DNA of 64,000 bases from an uncultured Verrucomicrobiae bacterium (GCA_963764165.1 CAVXRD010000002.1:1312001-1376000), one strand, 5' to 3'. Positions 39,980 through 49,863 are shown, numbered from the stretch's first letter. The notes: generated by a model from the letters alone, not told the origin. A program made the numbers and translations.

Positions 39980-41146
39980 TCAATAAAACAGTGGCATGAA
40001 TTGCCCGATGGCGCAGCTCGCAAAGATGGCCATGGCAATGTCGCCATCTCGCCTCGACCCGCCTCGAGTGGCGATTCTGCCCACCAGAGTGCTCGGCAAC
40101 AACAACAACGTACTGATTGCCAAGGTGCACATGAGTGTGGCAAAAAGAAAAATGTGTGTTGCGAAGGCAACTGTCAGGCAACCAAGCGCCAATATCCCGG
40201 TGACCACCACCAGGCTCCATCGGGGCAACCGCAGCCTGCCGATGCCGGCAAGCGCCAGCCATACAACTGCCAAGGCAGCAAAATACGCGGGGAGGCGGCG
40301 CAGTTGCAGGCTTACTCCCACCCACAGCCCCAGAGTCAGAAAGAGAGCGATGAGTAGAGCGGCAGGAACAATAAACCCGCGAAGTCGTGCCAGGCGGGGA
40401 TGAAGTTCAGGCAGGCGAAACATCAAGACCAACGCGCCCGCCATTCCCAGCACAAGACCGGCGAACCGCCACCGCCACGCGGTCGGAGCAGCGGGGACTG
40501 GTTTGCCGACAGCCGCGCATGCGGCTGTGACCGCCGCCCTCACAAGCACTGGATCGTAGGCTTCGCCAATGTGCTCGCACCAGGGAGAAATGACAACCTG
40601 CGCATCCGATCGGGCTCTCAACTGGGCTGGTCGAAAAAGTTCATCAAATAAACCTCCCAACAAAAGCAGCGGCGGCCCGTGCTCGCCCAACTTGACCGGG
40701 GCGCCGACCCCAATAAAGAGCTTGGGGCGAAATCCCGCTTTGTTCACGCTCCAGCCCCCAACACCACCGCCAAGCGAATGGCCGATGAAAACACCCACCG
40801 CTCCAAGCGCCCGCGCAGTCTCTTCGAAGTTGCGATCGATGTTGGTGAGCGAACAAGGCAGCGGCGATTCTCCATATCCGGCCAGATCCACGGAATAGCA
40901 CTCAAAACCAGCGGCGGCGAGCGCCTCGCCGAAACGAAACATCATTTCTTTCGAGCCGCCGTTTCCGTGAGCGAGCAGCGCAATCGGATACGGGCGGGGC
41001 GACACGGGAAAAATTCGAAGCGCGGGAGTGTTTGTCGTCAGCGTTATTTTTTCGACGCGAACGCCCGGCTCGATCCGATGTGAAAGCACAACGCCGATGA
41101 CCAAACAAATTGTGGCGATTCCGACGATGATCCACTTCCTACTCAT
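39980..41146 (-). CDS. Membrane-anchored alpha/beta hydrolase with C-terminal TM helices
   Basis: LLAHGNGG, DLAGYGES, GHSLGG; hydrophobic C-terminal half. Confidence 0.75.
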   Translation of the reverse strand: MSRKWIIVGIATICLVIGVVLSHRIEPGVRVEKITLTTNTPALRIFPVSPRPYPIALLAHGNGGSKEMMFRFGEALAAAGFECYSVDLAGYGESPLPCSLTNIDRNFEETARALGAVGVFIGHSLGGGVGGWSVNKAGFRPKLFIGVGAPVKLGEHGPPLLLLGGLFDELFRPAQLRARSDAQVVISPWCEHIGEAYDPVLVRAAVTAACAAVGKPVPAAPTAWRWRFAGLVLGMAGALVLMFRLPELHPRLARLRGFIVPAALLIALFLTLGLWVGVSLQLRRLPAYFAALAVVWLALAGIGRLRLPRWSLVVVTGILALGCLTVAFATHIFLFATLMCTLAISTLLLLPSTLVGRIATRGGSRRDGDIAMAIFASCAIGQFMPLFY

Positions 41147-42338
41147 TTCCAATTCTCCTTTCTCGACCCGGAAAATCCATTGCCTCAAAACTTCGTCCCA
41201 CCGTCGTCCCGACGACGATGCCAAAGATGATTCCCGATGCAAAATCCGCAAACCAATGAGCCGTCATGGAAACGCTGAGACCGATGTAAAGGGCGTAGAG
41301 CAGGGACGCAGCGCCAATCCATCTTTTTTTCGGAAACAACCAAAACAGTGTAGCCGACATGCCGAACGCAATGATCGTATGGCCAGAGGGCCAGCCCGAT
41401 ACAATTTCGCTGCGGAGCAAACCGAAATGAAACACATGGCTGGTGTCCGGTATATGACTGGTGTCCGATCCTTTAATCCACGGGGGCTGAGGCCGCCCGG
41501 TGAGGACCTTGATAAGCTCGCCCAGCACGAAACCAATCAGAGCCGCCTGCGCCAAGGCCCATCCTGTTCGAGTGATCGGTTCTCTCTTAAGGGCCATCCC
41601 GGCCAGTAGAAGCAATGGCGGCAAAGTCAATGGAACCCATACTCCGAGATTGACCCCGGGAATCATCCAAGCCAGAAGTTGCGGGCTGCGCGTGGCGCGC
41701 CAATAGAACCAGTCGAATCCGGAGGTCACCAGGACAATGCCCAGACCGATCGCAGCGAATTGCCAGGCAATATTCGAGCCCTTGAAGCAACCTGCGAAGT
41801 TCCGCGGCAGCGAATGATAAAATTCGCGCATGATTTGGAATGGAACACGGTCGCGAATGGAAACGCAGAGACCGATGGAAAGGGCGTAGAGCAAGACCGC
41901 AGCACCAAACCATCTTCCATATAGGGAGAGCCAAAAGAGTTCGAGAGACGCCATTCTGGTCCCAACAATGGTCCGATCGCCTTGGTGGTAAACAGCTCTT
42001 ATTACCTTGCCCCGGCTGTCCTTCACAAAAGTGACCTGCGCATCCATCGCTTTCCAAAAATACTCAGTCTCCGACTTGGGAAAAATCTCGCAGATCTGGC
42101 CGGCGAATTGCGCGAAAAGATGGTTTCCGTCACGCGTCACTCTCAGCACTTGAAGTTTGCCAAAATCGTATCTGCCGACCAGACTGTCATAAACTGCCAG
42201 ATCCACCCTCGCATCGGCAACGCCTTTGAGGGCCTGGCTGTTGCTTTCCTTCACGATCGCCTCGTTTGTTCCCGTCGCCAATCCGGAAAAGGCTATGAAA
42301 AGGAAAACATAAATGAGGCATTGAACGCGATTGGTCAT
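41139..42338 (-). CDS. DUF3471-like domain fused to a PAP2-family phosphatase
   Basis: YDSLVGRY...VTRDGNHLFAQ...IFPKSETEYF...AQVTFVKD (DUF3471-like); KVLTGRPQP, PSGH, HWFAD (PAP2). Confidence 0.75.
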   Translation of the reverse strand: MTNRVQCLIYVFLFIAFSGLATGTNEAIVKESNSQALKGVADARVDLAVYDSLVGRYDFGKLQVLRVTRDGNHLFAQFAGQICEIFPKSETEYFWKAMDAQVTFVKDSRGKVIRAVYHQGDRTIVGTRMASLELFWLSLYGRWFGAAVLLYALSIGLCVSIRDRVPFQIMREFYHSLPRNFAGCFKGSNIAWQFAAIGLGIVLVTSGFDWFYWRATRSPQLLAWMIPGVNLGVWVPLTLPPLLLLAGMALKREPITRTGWALAQAALIGFVLGELIKVLTGRPQPPWIKGSDTSHIPDTSHVFHFGLLRSEIVSGWPSGHTIIAFGMSATLFWLFPKKRWIGAASLLYALYIGLSVSMTAHWFADFASGIIFGIVVGTTVGRSFEAMDFPGRERRIGNE

Positions 42339-42376
42339 TTCGCTTCTCCATTAAGTTGCGCGACCAGTCGACTTCA

Positions 42377-42463
42377 TTAGTTTCCCGCGTCTGCTGGATT
42401 TTTGCGAAGCAAATGCCCCAGGTCGGTCGCTGGCTGATGCGTTGTTGTAACCGTCAATAGCAT
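42377..42463 (-). pseudogene. N-terminal stump of bacterial Hen1 RNA 2'-O-methyltransferase
   Basis: MLLTVTTTHQPATDLGHLLRKNP matches the Hen1 N-terminal signature (ML.T.T...PATDLG.LLHK.P), then stops at 28 aa. Confidence 0.65.
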
Positions 42464-42614
42464 CAAGCGAGAATAGTGTGGCTCCGCAGGGATGACCAGA
42501 TTTTCGAGAAGCTGATGTCGGGGGCGTCCTGTAAAAAAAGCAGTTGCTTTCAGAAGACCGAGTTCCATTGGCAGCAATTGTAAGCCGTGCAATCTGTGGA
42601 CATTTCGACCACAG

Positions 42615-42693
42615 TTTACTGCACTTTTACTGCACTGCTCCGTAAGTCGTTGGTAATCAATGGAGCGGGTGAAGGGAATCGAACCCTCGTGTC
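42615..42693 (-). other. att-like site: tRNA-Gly 3' end with CCA (copy C, 42661-42693) plus tandem 11-bp repeats TTTACTGCACT (42615-42636)
   Basis: Minus strand reads GAGGGTTCGATTCCCTTCACCCGCTCCA (T-arm, acceptor strand, CCA); no 5' half of the tRNA upstream. Confidence 0.8.
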
Positions 42694-42923
42694 AAAAAGT
42701 GGTGCTTGTTTTGTAGAATGCCAACTTGCACGGGCCTGCCTGCGCCACGGTCCGTGCCGCAGGACGTTGACGCTGACCGCAAGCAGGCGCTCGACCATGA
42801 TTGGCTGCGATCCACGAGCGGCGGAACCGGGAAACCGCTCCAGAGATCGCTTGGAAGGTCTTAAAAATCACGGGTTAAAAGAAAACTGTCCAATTTTCAA
42901 TTCTGGCGAAGATAATTAAGCAA

Positions 42924-44111
42924 ATGCCAGATAACAGAGATATCGATCTATTGCGGGAATATGCGGCTTCTGGTTCTGAATCTGCATTCGAGGAAATTGT
43001 CCATCGGCAGATCAATCTCGTTTATTCCGTTGCCCTTCGCTTCACTGGCAACGGTGAGGACGCACAGGATGTCGCTCAGACCGTTTTCATCATTCTTGCA
43101 AGGAAAGCTGCCCGTCTGCCTCCCAAAACCATTCTCACTGGCTGGCTCTATGAAACCACCCGATTTTCCGCCATGAATTTTCTCACCCACAAAAGCCGCC
43201 GCCAGGCCCGTGAACAGGAGGCATACATGCAATCAACATTAAATGATGTGGAAACCGAAAGTATTTGGCGGCAAATCGAGCCCCTCCTGGAAGCGGCCAT
43301 GTCACAATTAAGCAAAAGAGACCGCACGTTGGTCGTCTTGCGCTTTTTTGAAAACAAAAGCTTTGGGGAAACGGCCATCGTGGCAGGCATGAACGAATGG
43401 GCCGCACGAAAGCGTGTGGAACGATCCATGGAGAAGTTGCGCGCGTATTTTTCCAAACGCGGCGTCGCTTCAAGCGCATCGATAATTGCCGTCGCGCTTT
43501 CCGCCAATTCCGTTCAAGCCGCGCCGGTGGCGCTTGCAAAATCCGTGACGGTCGCGGCGATTGCCAAAGGCACGACGGCTTCGGCTTCCACCTTAACCGT
43601 CATCAAAGGAGCATTGAAAATAATGGCGTGGTCAAAAGCAAAAACAGCAATCGCGATCAGCGCGGCAGTCATTCTGTCGGCCGGCACAACAACCTTGGTG
43701 ATTCAACACCACCATCAAGCTCAAGCGCGGACGGATTTTCCAAAGTCATCGTGGGCTTTAGCCGGATATGCGGACCCGGCATCAGCTCTGGAAACAGTTC
43801 TTTGGGCGGGAAATCATGCCGATGGAAAAACGCTTCTTGCCAGCATGACACCCGATCTGCAACAGCAACTTCAACAGCGATTTGAAGGCGAGCTTCAAAA
43901 ACGAGGCCTGTCTCTTGAAGAATTCTTTACGCAAAGCGCCAAAGGACATGTTAGCGCCATCACAGGATTTCGCGTCCTCAATCAGGAAGTCGTCGCTGAC
44001 GATCAGATTATTCTGCATCTTTACGTGCAGGGAAAGGAACGCGAAGACACATTCAAAATGAAGGAGGTCGGCAATGAATGGAAGTTGGATCAGCTCCCAC
44101 CAGATTATTAA
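42924..44111 (+). CDS. ECF sigma factor with C-terminal TM and extracytoplasmic extension
   Basis: AFEEIV...LVYSVALR...AQDVAQTVFIILARKA, GWLY, region 4 LRFFE; TM helix near residue 245. Confidence 0.9.
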   Translation: MPDNRDIDLLREYAASGSESAFEEIVHRQINLVYSVALRFTGNGEDAQDVAQTVFIILARKAARLPPKTILTGWLYETTRFSAMNFLTHKSRRQAREQEAYMQSTLNDVETESIWRQIEPLLEAAMSQLSKRDRTLVVLRFFENKSFGETAIVAGMNEWAARKRVERSMEKLRAYFSKRGVASSASIIAVALSANSVQAAPVALAKSVTVAAIAKGTTASASTLTVIKGALKIMAWSKAKTAIAISAAVILSAGTTTLVIQHHHQAQARTDFPKSSWALAGYADPASALETVLWAGNHADGKTLLASMTPDLQQQLQQRFEGELQKRGLSLEEFFTQSAKGHVSAITGFRVLNQEVVADDQIILHLYVQGKEREDTFKMKEVGNEWKLDQLPPDY

Positions 44112-44129
44112 GAGCAAAACGAACCTGTT

Positions 44130-44870
44130 ATGGCTGTCGAAATAGATGCGAACCCAACGCGCGCTTTCACGCTCATTGAACTGCTGGTGGTCATCGCCAT
44201 CATCGCAATTCTAGCGGCATTGCTGCTGCCGTCGTTGAGTGCTGCCAAAGGCAAGGCGCGGCAGGCGACCTGTTTGAACAATCTCAAACAAATCAATCTC
44301 GGCGTTCACATGTATGCCGATGACCACGACAATGTTTTGTCCCTAGTCAGCACCAATACATCGGTGCAGGTGTGGACGGATTACAAAAGTTGGATGAAAA
44401 GCTACGTCGGCCTCACCGGCGCTTCGTCTCCACAAGACACCCTCTTTGCGTGTCCTGCCGACACTTTTAATTACACTAATGTTGATGCCGCTTCCTATGT
44501 GGCCGGAAGCATTCACCTGCTGGCGATTTACAATTATTCGAGCTATTTATTCAACGCAGGAAACATCCGCGGCCCTGGAGTATATTCGTTTCCTGGCATT
44601 GCGGGATTCAAATTGACCTCAATAACAAATCCCGTAAAAACAGTTCTCGTTGAAGAAGGCCCGGCTACGATTCCATATTCCTGGCATCAACCGCAAAAAT
44701 TGCCTCCGCGGCAATACGGGGTTAACGATGCCAAGAATATGCTCAGTTTCGTAGATGGCCACGCCAACTATGTCAAAATCTACTGGGATTCAAACACTTT
44801 TCCCGGCCATATCCAAGCATGGCACTATGATCCACCGGCGGGATACTATTACCAATGGAGCGGGGATTGA
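44130..44870 (+). CDS. Prepilin-type N-terminal cleavage/methylation protein (DUF1559-like)
   Basis: [41 protein letters not shown]. Confidence 0.9.
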   Translation: MAVEIDANPTRAFTLIELLVVIAIIAILAALLLPSLSAAKGKARQATCLNNLKQINLGVHMYADDHDNVLSLVSTNTSVQVWTDYKSWMKSYVGLTGASSPQDTLFACPADTFNYTNVDAASYVAGSIHLLAIYNYSSYLFNAGNIRGPGVYSFPGIAGFKLTSITNPVKTVLVEEGPATIPYSWHQPQKLPPRQYGVNDAKNMLSFVDGHANYVKIYWDSNTFPGHIQAWHYDPPAGYYYQWSGD

Positions 44871-44871
44871 G

Positions 44872-45600
44872 ATGATGAAGCGCGCCTTCACACTGATCGA
44901 ATTGCTGGTGGTCGTGGCCATCATCGCGATTCTCGCCGCATTGCTGCTGACGGCACTAAGCCGCGCCAAAGGTGAAGCGAAACGGACGGCATGCCTGAAC
45001 AATCTCAAACAAATCAATCTCGGCGTTCACATGTATGCCGATGACCACGATAATGTTTTGACTTTGGTCAGCACAAATCACGATCCCAATGTTTGGATGG
45101 ATTATCGAAATTGGATCGGTAGCTACGTTGGACTGCCGGGCGCCTCCTCTCCCCAGGACACGTTGTTCGCCTGTCCTGCCGACACTTTTTACTATACGGG
45201 TGCTTATGCACGTTCGTATGTGGCTCAAAGCCTGCATTCGCAGTCGAACTACAACTACTCAAGTTATGCGTTCAATGCAGGAAATATTCGTTCTGATTAT
45301 CCATTCACAACTACGTTTCCCGGCATTGCAGGGCGCAAATTGACCTCAATAAAAAGTCCGGCAAGAACGGTTCTCGTCACGGAATGGCCGGCTCTCGCGC
45401 CATACTCCTGGCATCAGCCACAGCGATTGCCCTCCGGCGCAGTGGCCGGTGTCGACGATTCCAAAAACGTCGTCAGTTTCGTGGATGGCCATGTGAATTA
45501 TATTAAGATTTATTGGGATGCGAACACCGCGCCGAAACATTTTCAAGCCTGGCACTATGATCCGCTCGGAGGATACGATTATCAATGGAGCGGAGATTGA
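44872..45600 (+). CDS. Prepilin-type protein, tandem paralogue
   Basis: [34 protein letters not shown], same C-terminal YQWSGD. Confidence 0.9.
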   Translation: MMKRAFTLIELLVVVAIIAILAALLLTALSRAKGEAKRTACLNNLKQINLGVHMYADDHDNVLTLVSTNHDPNVWMDYRNWIGSYVGLPGASSPQDTLFACPADTFYYTGAYARSYVAQSLHSQSNYNYSSYAFNAGNIRSDYPFTTTFPGIAGRKLTSIKSPARTVLVTEWPALAPYSWHQPQRLPSGAVAGVDDSKNVVSFVDGHVNYIKIYWDANTAPKHFQAWHYDPLGGYDYQWSGD

Positions 45601-46025
45601 TTGTGAAACGAACAAAACCCATGAGACAAACGGAAAGAACCGTGGAAAGAGCGCAGGCGTGAAAATTAAATCGCCACCAAAGTTGTCGTCGCTGCGAACG
45701 ACTTTGCCGGTGCATGTGGCGAGTCGGCGGTGGCTCAGCCTCTTTCTCCGTTGAGTTGCACCCGCGTATGGCCGTATCGTTTGACCAAATTGTTCCGTGG
45801 GGGGCACGCGCGAGGAGTACGTTACTTATGTTCGGGCAAACCCAGTTTTTTGGAATAATTGCATTTGAGTGTGGTCATGATGGTGTTGTTCTTTGGTGTT
45901 GGAGTTGGTGTTGATGATGTTAATTGGTGAAAGTGGCGAGTGGACGAGCAGATCGACCTGGCCATCCCAAGAGCGGGTGGGTTTATACTAGCCTCCGGAT
46001 TACCCTGGGGTATTCTCGGGGTGAT

Positions 46026-46262
46026 ATGACAAACGAACCAATGAAGTGCCCAAAATGCTCAGGCGCCATGATCCAGGGATTCATTCCAGATTACTCCGAC
46101 GGGCCGGTTTACGTGGAAGGCTGGTTCGAGGGGCAGCCCAAGAAATCCTTTTGGACCAGGACGAAAGCACCAAAGGGTGAAGGGATACCCATCGGGACCT
46201 TTCGTTGTGAGAAATGCGGCTTCCTGGAGTTTTACGCCGACTCCAAATTTGCGGCCCAGTGA
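46026..46262 (+). CDS. Small zinc-ribbon protein
   Basis: CPKC...GF...RCEKCGFLEFYA. Confidence 0.75.
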   Translation: MTNEPMKCPKCSGAMIQGFIPDYSDGPVYVEGWFEGQPKKSFWTRTKAPKGEGIPIGTFRCEKCGFLEFYADSKFAAQ

Positions 46263-46320
46263 TGGAAGAAAGCCAAACAGGCCCGGTCCTGCAATGATTG
46301 ATACATTCCGGTGTGATCGG

Positions 46321-47694
46321 TCATTCAGAGATGTCGCTCCTTTCGGGGATGGCTTTTCCATCCCAGAACCAGTAAACAACGAAACCAACCAGCAGAATGA
46401 CGACCCCGCCGCCTGCGTTTTTCGGGGATGTCCAAATGGAGTTGGCCGATATCGCCCAGCAAACAATGACAAAAGTGGCCGTGGTGACGGGATGCCCGGG
46501 CACACGGAGAACCACGGAATTGCCTGTGCCAGCAGGTGCGCTCTTCTCCCTGGAGCGAAAAATGAAAAGAGACGCGGCGGTCAATCCAAAGAAGATGACA
46601 TCGACCGAAACCACGTAATCGAGGATTTGTGAGTAAGCAATCCAGAGCGCAACGCAAGCTGCCAGGACGCTTTGGAGCACGATGGCCACCACCGGCGCTT
46701 TGGTGCGCGGATGCAAGCGCCCCACCGCCTTGAAAAACACGCCATCACGGGCCATCGCATAATAGACTCGCGGCGCGGTGAGAACGCTCTGGCTGAGAAA
46801 ACCCACTGTGGAGACGGCGATTCCGAGCGCGATGAGTTTGGCTCCAGTGGCGCCCATGGCCCGCCGCATGACTTCAGAGGCAGGGGTTTTGGTCGCGGCC
46901 AAGCCGTCAATTCCAAGGGCGTGAATGCAGATGAACGTGACTCCGAGGTAAAGCGCGATCACCCCCAGGACCCCGATCACCAGTCCGCGCGGCAAATCGC
47001 GGCGGGCATTTCGCATTTCCCCGGTTAGGAAACTTGCGGTCTGCCAGCCGCCGTAGGCGAAAATCACCGGCACCATGGCGGCTGTCATTCCGCTCAATCC
47101 ACCGCTGCCACCCGCGGCGACAGCCACCGGCGCTGTTTCGCTCGGCGAAACCATCAAGCCAACTCCAATCAAACCGGCAATCGCGGCAATCTTGATCAGC
47201 ATCAGCACATTTTGAACATTGCTGCCAGCCCGCACTCCGAAGCAATTGATTACGGTAAGCACCGCGAGCGTGGCGATGGCAATGACCCGGGAGGAAAGCC
47301 CGATCCCGGTGAGTTCTCGAAGATACTCGGCGAAAATGATCGCCACCGCGGCCATCGATCCGGTTTGGATCACGAGCAGCAAGACCCAGCCGTAAAGAAA
47401 GGCCACGATCGGATGATACGCGTCGCGCAAGTAGGCATATTGTCCGCCCACCCTTGGCCGCAACACCGCCAGTTCCGCGTAGATGAAGGCGCCAATCAGG
47501 GCCAGGACGCCTCCAATGATCCACGCGCCCAGCGTCATGGCGGGCGTAGGCACCAGTCGCGCGACGACAGCGGGATTCTTGAATATGCCCGCCCCGATAA
47601 TCCCTCCCATGACAATGAGGGTCGCGTCGAAAGGCCCCAGTTTATGGGCCAATCCGTTCTCCGTAGGAACTGGTTGGGAAGGCTCGGTGGTCAT
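46321..47694 (-). CDS. APC family amino acid permease
   Basis: GGIIGAGIF, YAEL, GGQYAYL, FAYGGW, PRVYYAMARDG, VPGHP. Confidence 0.93.
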   Translation of the reverse strand: MTTEPSQPVPTENGLAHKLGPFDATLIVMGGIIGAGIFKNPAVVARLVPTPAMTLGAWIIGGVLALIGAFIYAELAVLRPRVGGQYAYLRDAYHPIVAFLYGWVLLLVIQTGSMAAVAIIFAEYLRELTGIGLSSRVIAIATLAVLTVINCFGVRAGSNVQNVLMLIKIAAIAGLIGVGLMVSPSETAPVAVAAGGSGGLSGMTAAMVPVIFAYGGWQTASFLTGEMRNARRDLPRGLVIGVLGVIALYLGVTFICIHALGIDGLAATKTPASEVMRRAMGATGAKLIALGIAVSTVGFLSQSVLTAPRVYYAMARDGVFFKAVGRLHPRTKAPVVAIVLQSVLAACVALWIAYSQILDYVVSVDVIFFGLTAASLFIFRSREKSAPAGTGNSVVLRVPGHPVTTATFVIVCWAISANSIWTSPKNAGGGVVILLVGFVVYWFWDGKAIPERSDISE

Positions 47695-47860
47695 GCCTGA
47701 ATCATCACGGATCGCGAGTATAGCCGTTCCCGCCTGGTTTGGCGACCTGCGTTTTCGCCCACTCGCCTCAATCGCCGGTGTCCTGCGCTGGGAAATGGTT
47801 CAATCATTCCGAAGAATTGGTTTGTCACCCCAGCCAAGACGACGCAGGATTGCTCCACTT

Positions 47861-48967
47861 ATGAGCGGCAGGAAGCCAGAAAAAGTCCTTCAAATTGAAG
47901 CGGTCGAGGTCGACCAGTTGCTGCTTGATCCCGAAAACCCGCGTTTGGAAGGAATGGTTAAAACAACCGACCAGGGGGAACTCATCAAGGCGATGTGGAA
48001 GGAAATGGCGGTGAACGAGGTCGCGCTGTCGATTGCCGCGAACGGTTTTTTTGAAGAAGAGCCTCTGTTTGCAATTCCTGCTTCTCCCATTAACGGGAAG
48101 AAGGCCTATTGCGTAGTCGAAGGGAACCGGCGGCTTACGGCGGTAAAACTCCTGCGTGATGAGAATCTTCGGAAGGCGACTCGGTCGACAGATTTGCCAG
48201 CACTTGACGCGAAAGCCCTAGACAGACTGCAAACGCTGCCCGTTTCGATTTATCCCAAGCGCGAGGACTTGTGGGAATACTTTGGCTTCCGGCATGTGAA
48301 TGGGCCGAAAGAATGGGATTCATTGAGCAAGGCGGCTTATGTGGCAAAAGTCCGACGCGAGTATGGCAAGAGTCTGGAAGAAATCACGCGAAAGATTGGC
48401 GACCAACACAGCACAGTCAAACGAATCTATCGCGGGTATGTGCTACTTGAACAAGCGGAAAAATCCACAAAATTCAACCGCGAAGACATTCACCGGAACC
48501 GATTTTATTTTTCGCATTTGTACACCGCAACGGATTACCCGGAAGTGCTGGCTTTTTTGGGCACAACTGCGGAAGCCTCCCTGCATGACAATCCAATCGC
48601 ACGGAAGCAATTGCCAGACTTGGAGCAATTGATGGTTTGGCTGTTTGGCAGCAAGGAACGCAAAATTGAACCGGTCGTGCGAACACAAGCGCCGGACCTG
48701 TCTTATCTCCGATCTGTCATTGGCAACAAGCCGGCATTGGCAGCGCTGCGGTCGGGAATCAGTCTGCAACGTTCCCATTCCATCAGCCTTGGAGACAGTC
48801 GTCGCTTTGAGGATTCACTGGCCCAGGCCAAAGATGCATTGCAGGAAGCCAAAGCAACGGTGACAACCGGTTACAAAGGGGACAGACAACTTTTGGAGCA
48901 GATGGAATCCATCGGGACGCTCACCACGAGCCTGCTGGAAGAAATGCGCAAAATTAAATCCAAGTAA
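47861..48967 (+). CDS. ParB/Sulfiredoxin-like N-terminal domain protein with HTH and C-terminal helical region
   Basis: LLLDPENPR, SIAANGF, VVEGNRRLTAVK (ParB/Srx nucleotide motif), GFRHVNGPKEW, LEEITRKIG HTH. Confidence 0.8.
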   Translation: MSGRKPEKVLQIEAVEVDQLLLDPENPRLEGMVKTTDQGELIKAMWKEMAVNEVALSIAANGFFEEEPLFAIPASPINGKKAYCVVEGNRRLTAVKLLRDENLRKATRSTDLPALDAKALDRLQTLPVSIYPKREDLWEYFGFRHVNGPKEWDSLSKAAYVAKVRREYGKSLEEITRKIGDQHSTVKRIYRGYVLLEQAEKSTKFNREDIHRNRFYFSHLYTATDYPEVLAFLGTTAEASLHDNPIARKQLPDLEQLMVWLFGSKERKIEPVVRTQAPDLSYLRSVIGNKPALAALRSGISLQRSHSISLGDSRRFEDSLAQAKDALQEAKATVTTGYKGDRQLLEQMESIGTLTTSLLEEMRKIKSK

Positions 48968-48978
48968 CGCACACCGTC

Positions 48979-49863
48979 ATGGCTTCCATCGAATTTCCTG
49001 GGACTTTTCAGCCGGAAGACCTGGCCGACTGGCTGGAACTGACCGCGATTCAGGCGGCGGATAAAAGCGCGAGCGCCGGAGATTTGGAACGTGAACTCAA
49101 ACGGCTGGGAAAGTCCGATCCGGAAGAACTGATAGGGAATGTATTCACCGAAATTGACCGCCGGGAAAGCGCCGCCGGGAAAGACGCCTATCCCTTTGAA
49201 AGAAAAAACACGTCCATAGAATTGAAGGCAAAGGCCGACACCTATCCCGCATATATTTTTTGCCTGGCACTTTCCTACTGCAAATGGAAGACGCGCAAGG
49301 GAGCGCCGGAAAATCCGTGGCTGCTGTTCGAGGAACTGGCGCGATATACCGCCCAAAACTATCTGGGCGGCGAGGCCATCATTTTTGGAACAAGCTGCCG
49401 CCACAAAAAGACTGGCGAAAAGCGGTTTGTTGCAAACATCAACGACCTTGCCAAAAAGCTGGGAGAGGGCGATGGATTTAAAAAGCAGCCCACCCTTTCA
49501 GCCAAGGATAGCAAGTTAGATTTAGTGGCTTGGAAAGGTTTTCAAGATGGCCGGGCCAGCCAAATCATTCTATTTGGGCAATGCGCGGCGGGAGACAACT
49601 GGATCAACAAACTCACCGAACTCGACCCAAATGTCTTTTGGGACCAATGGATGGATCGGGGGTCAGTCAGTTCTCTGCTCCGTTCCGTTTTCATGCCGCA
49701 CCGGGTTCACGACCAAGACCAATGGAACAAGCACGCGCGGTCGGCGAGGCTGCTCTTTGACCGCTGCCGCGTAGTCGCACATTCCCACGGAGCCACAGCC
49801 GCCGGCGGGTTTGCCAACCGGTTGCTCAATTGCTGCCGGACGGAGTGGAAGCTCGACGTTTAG
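48979..49863 (+). CDS. Hypothetical protein with a PD-(D/E)XK restriction-endonuclease-like core
   Basis: LFEEL helix, then KDSKLDLVAW...IILFGQCAAG (D..D-x-QC variant); 11 bp after the ParB-like gene. Confidence 0.6.
   Translation: MASIEFPGTFQPEDLADWLELTAIQAADKSASAGDLERELKRLGKSDPEELIGNVFTEIDRRESAAGKDAYPFERKNTSIELKAKADTYPAYIFCLALSYCKWKTRKGAPENPWLLFEELARYTAQNYLGGEAIIFGTSCRHKKTGEKRFVANINDLAKKLGEGDGFKKQPTLSAKDSKLDLVAWKGFQDGRASQIILFGQCAAGDNWINKLTELDPNVFWDQWMDRGSVSSLLRSVFMPHRVHDQDQWNKHARSARLLFDRCRVVAHSHGATAAGGFANRLLNCCRTEWKLDV

Noticed and set aside
42661..42740. Complete tRNA-Gly gene
   Set aside because: Only the T-arm, 3' acceptor strand and CCA are present; the upstream sequence cannot form D or anticodon arms or pair with the acceptor strand
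44130..45600. Diversity-generating retroelement (TR/VR pair) explaining the prepilin duplicates
   Set aside because: No reverse transcriptase in the window and differences are not confined to adenines
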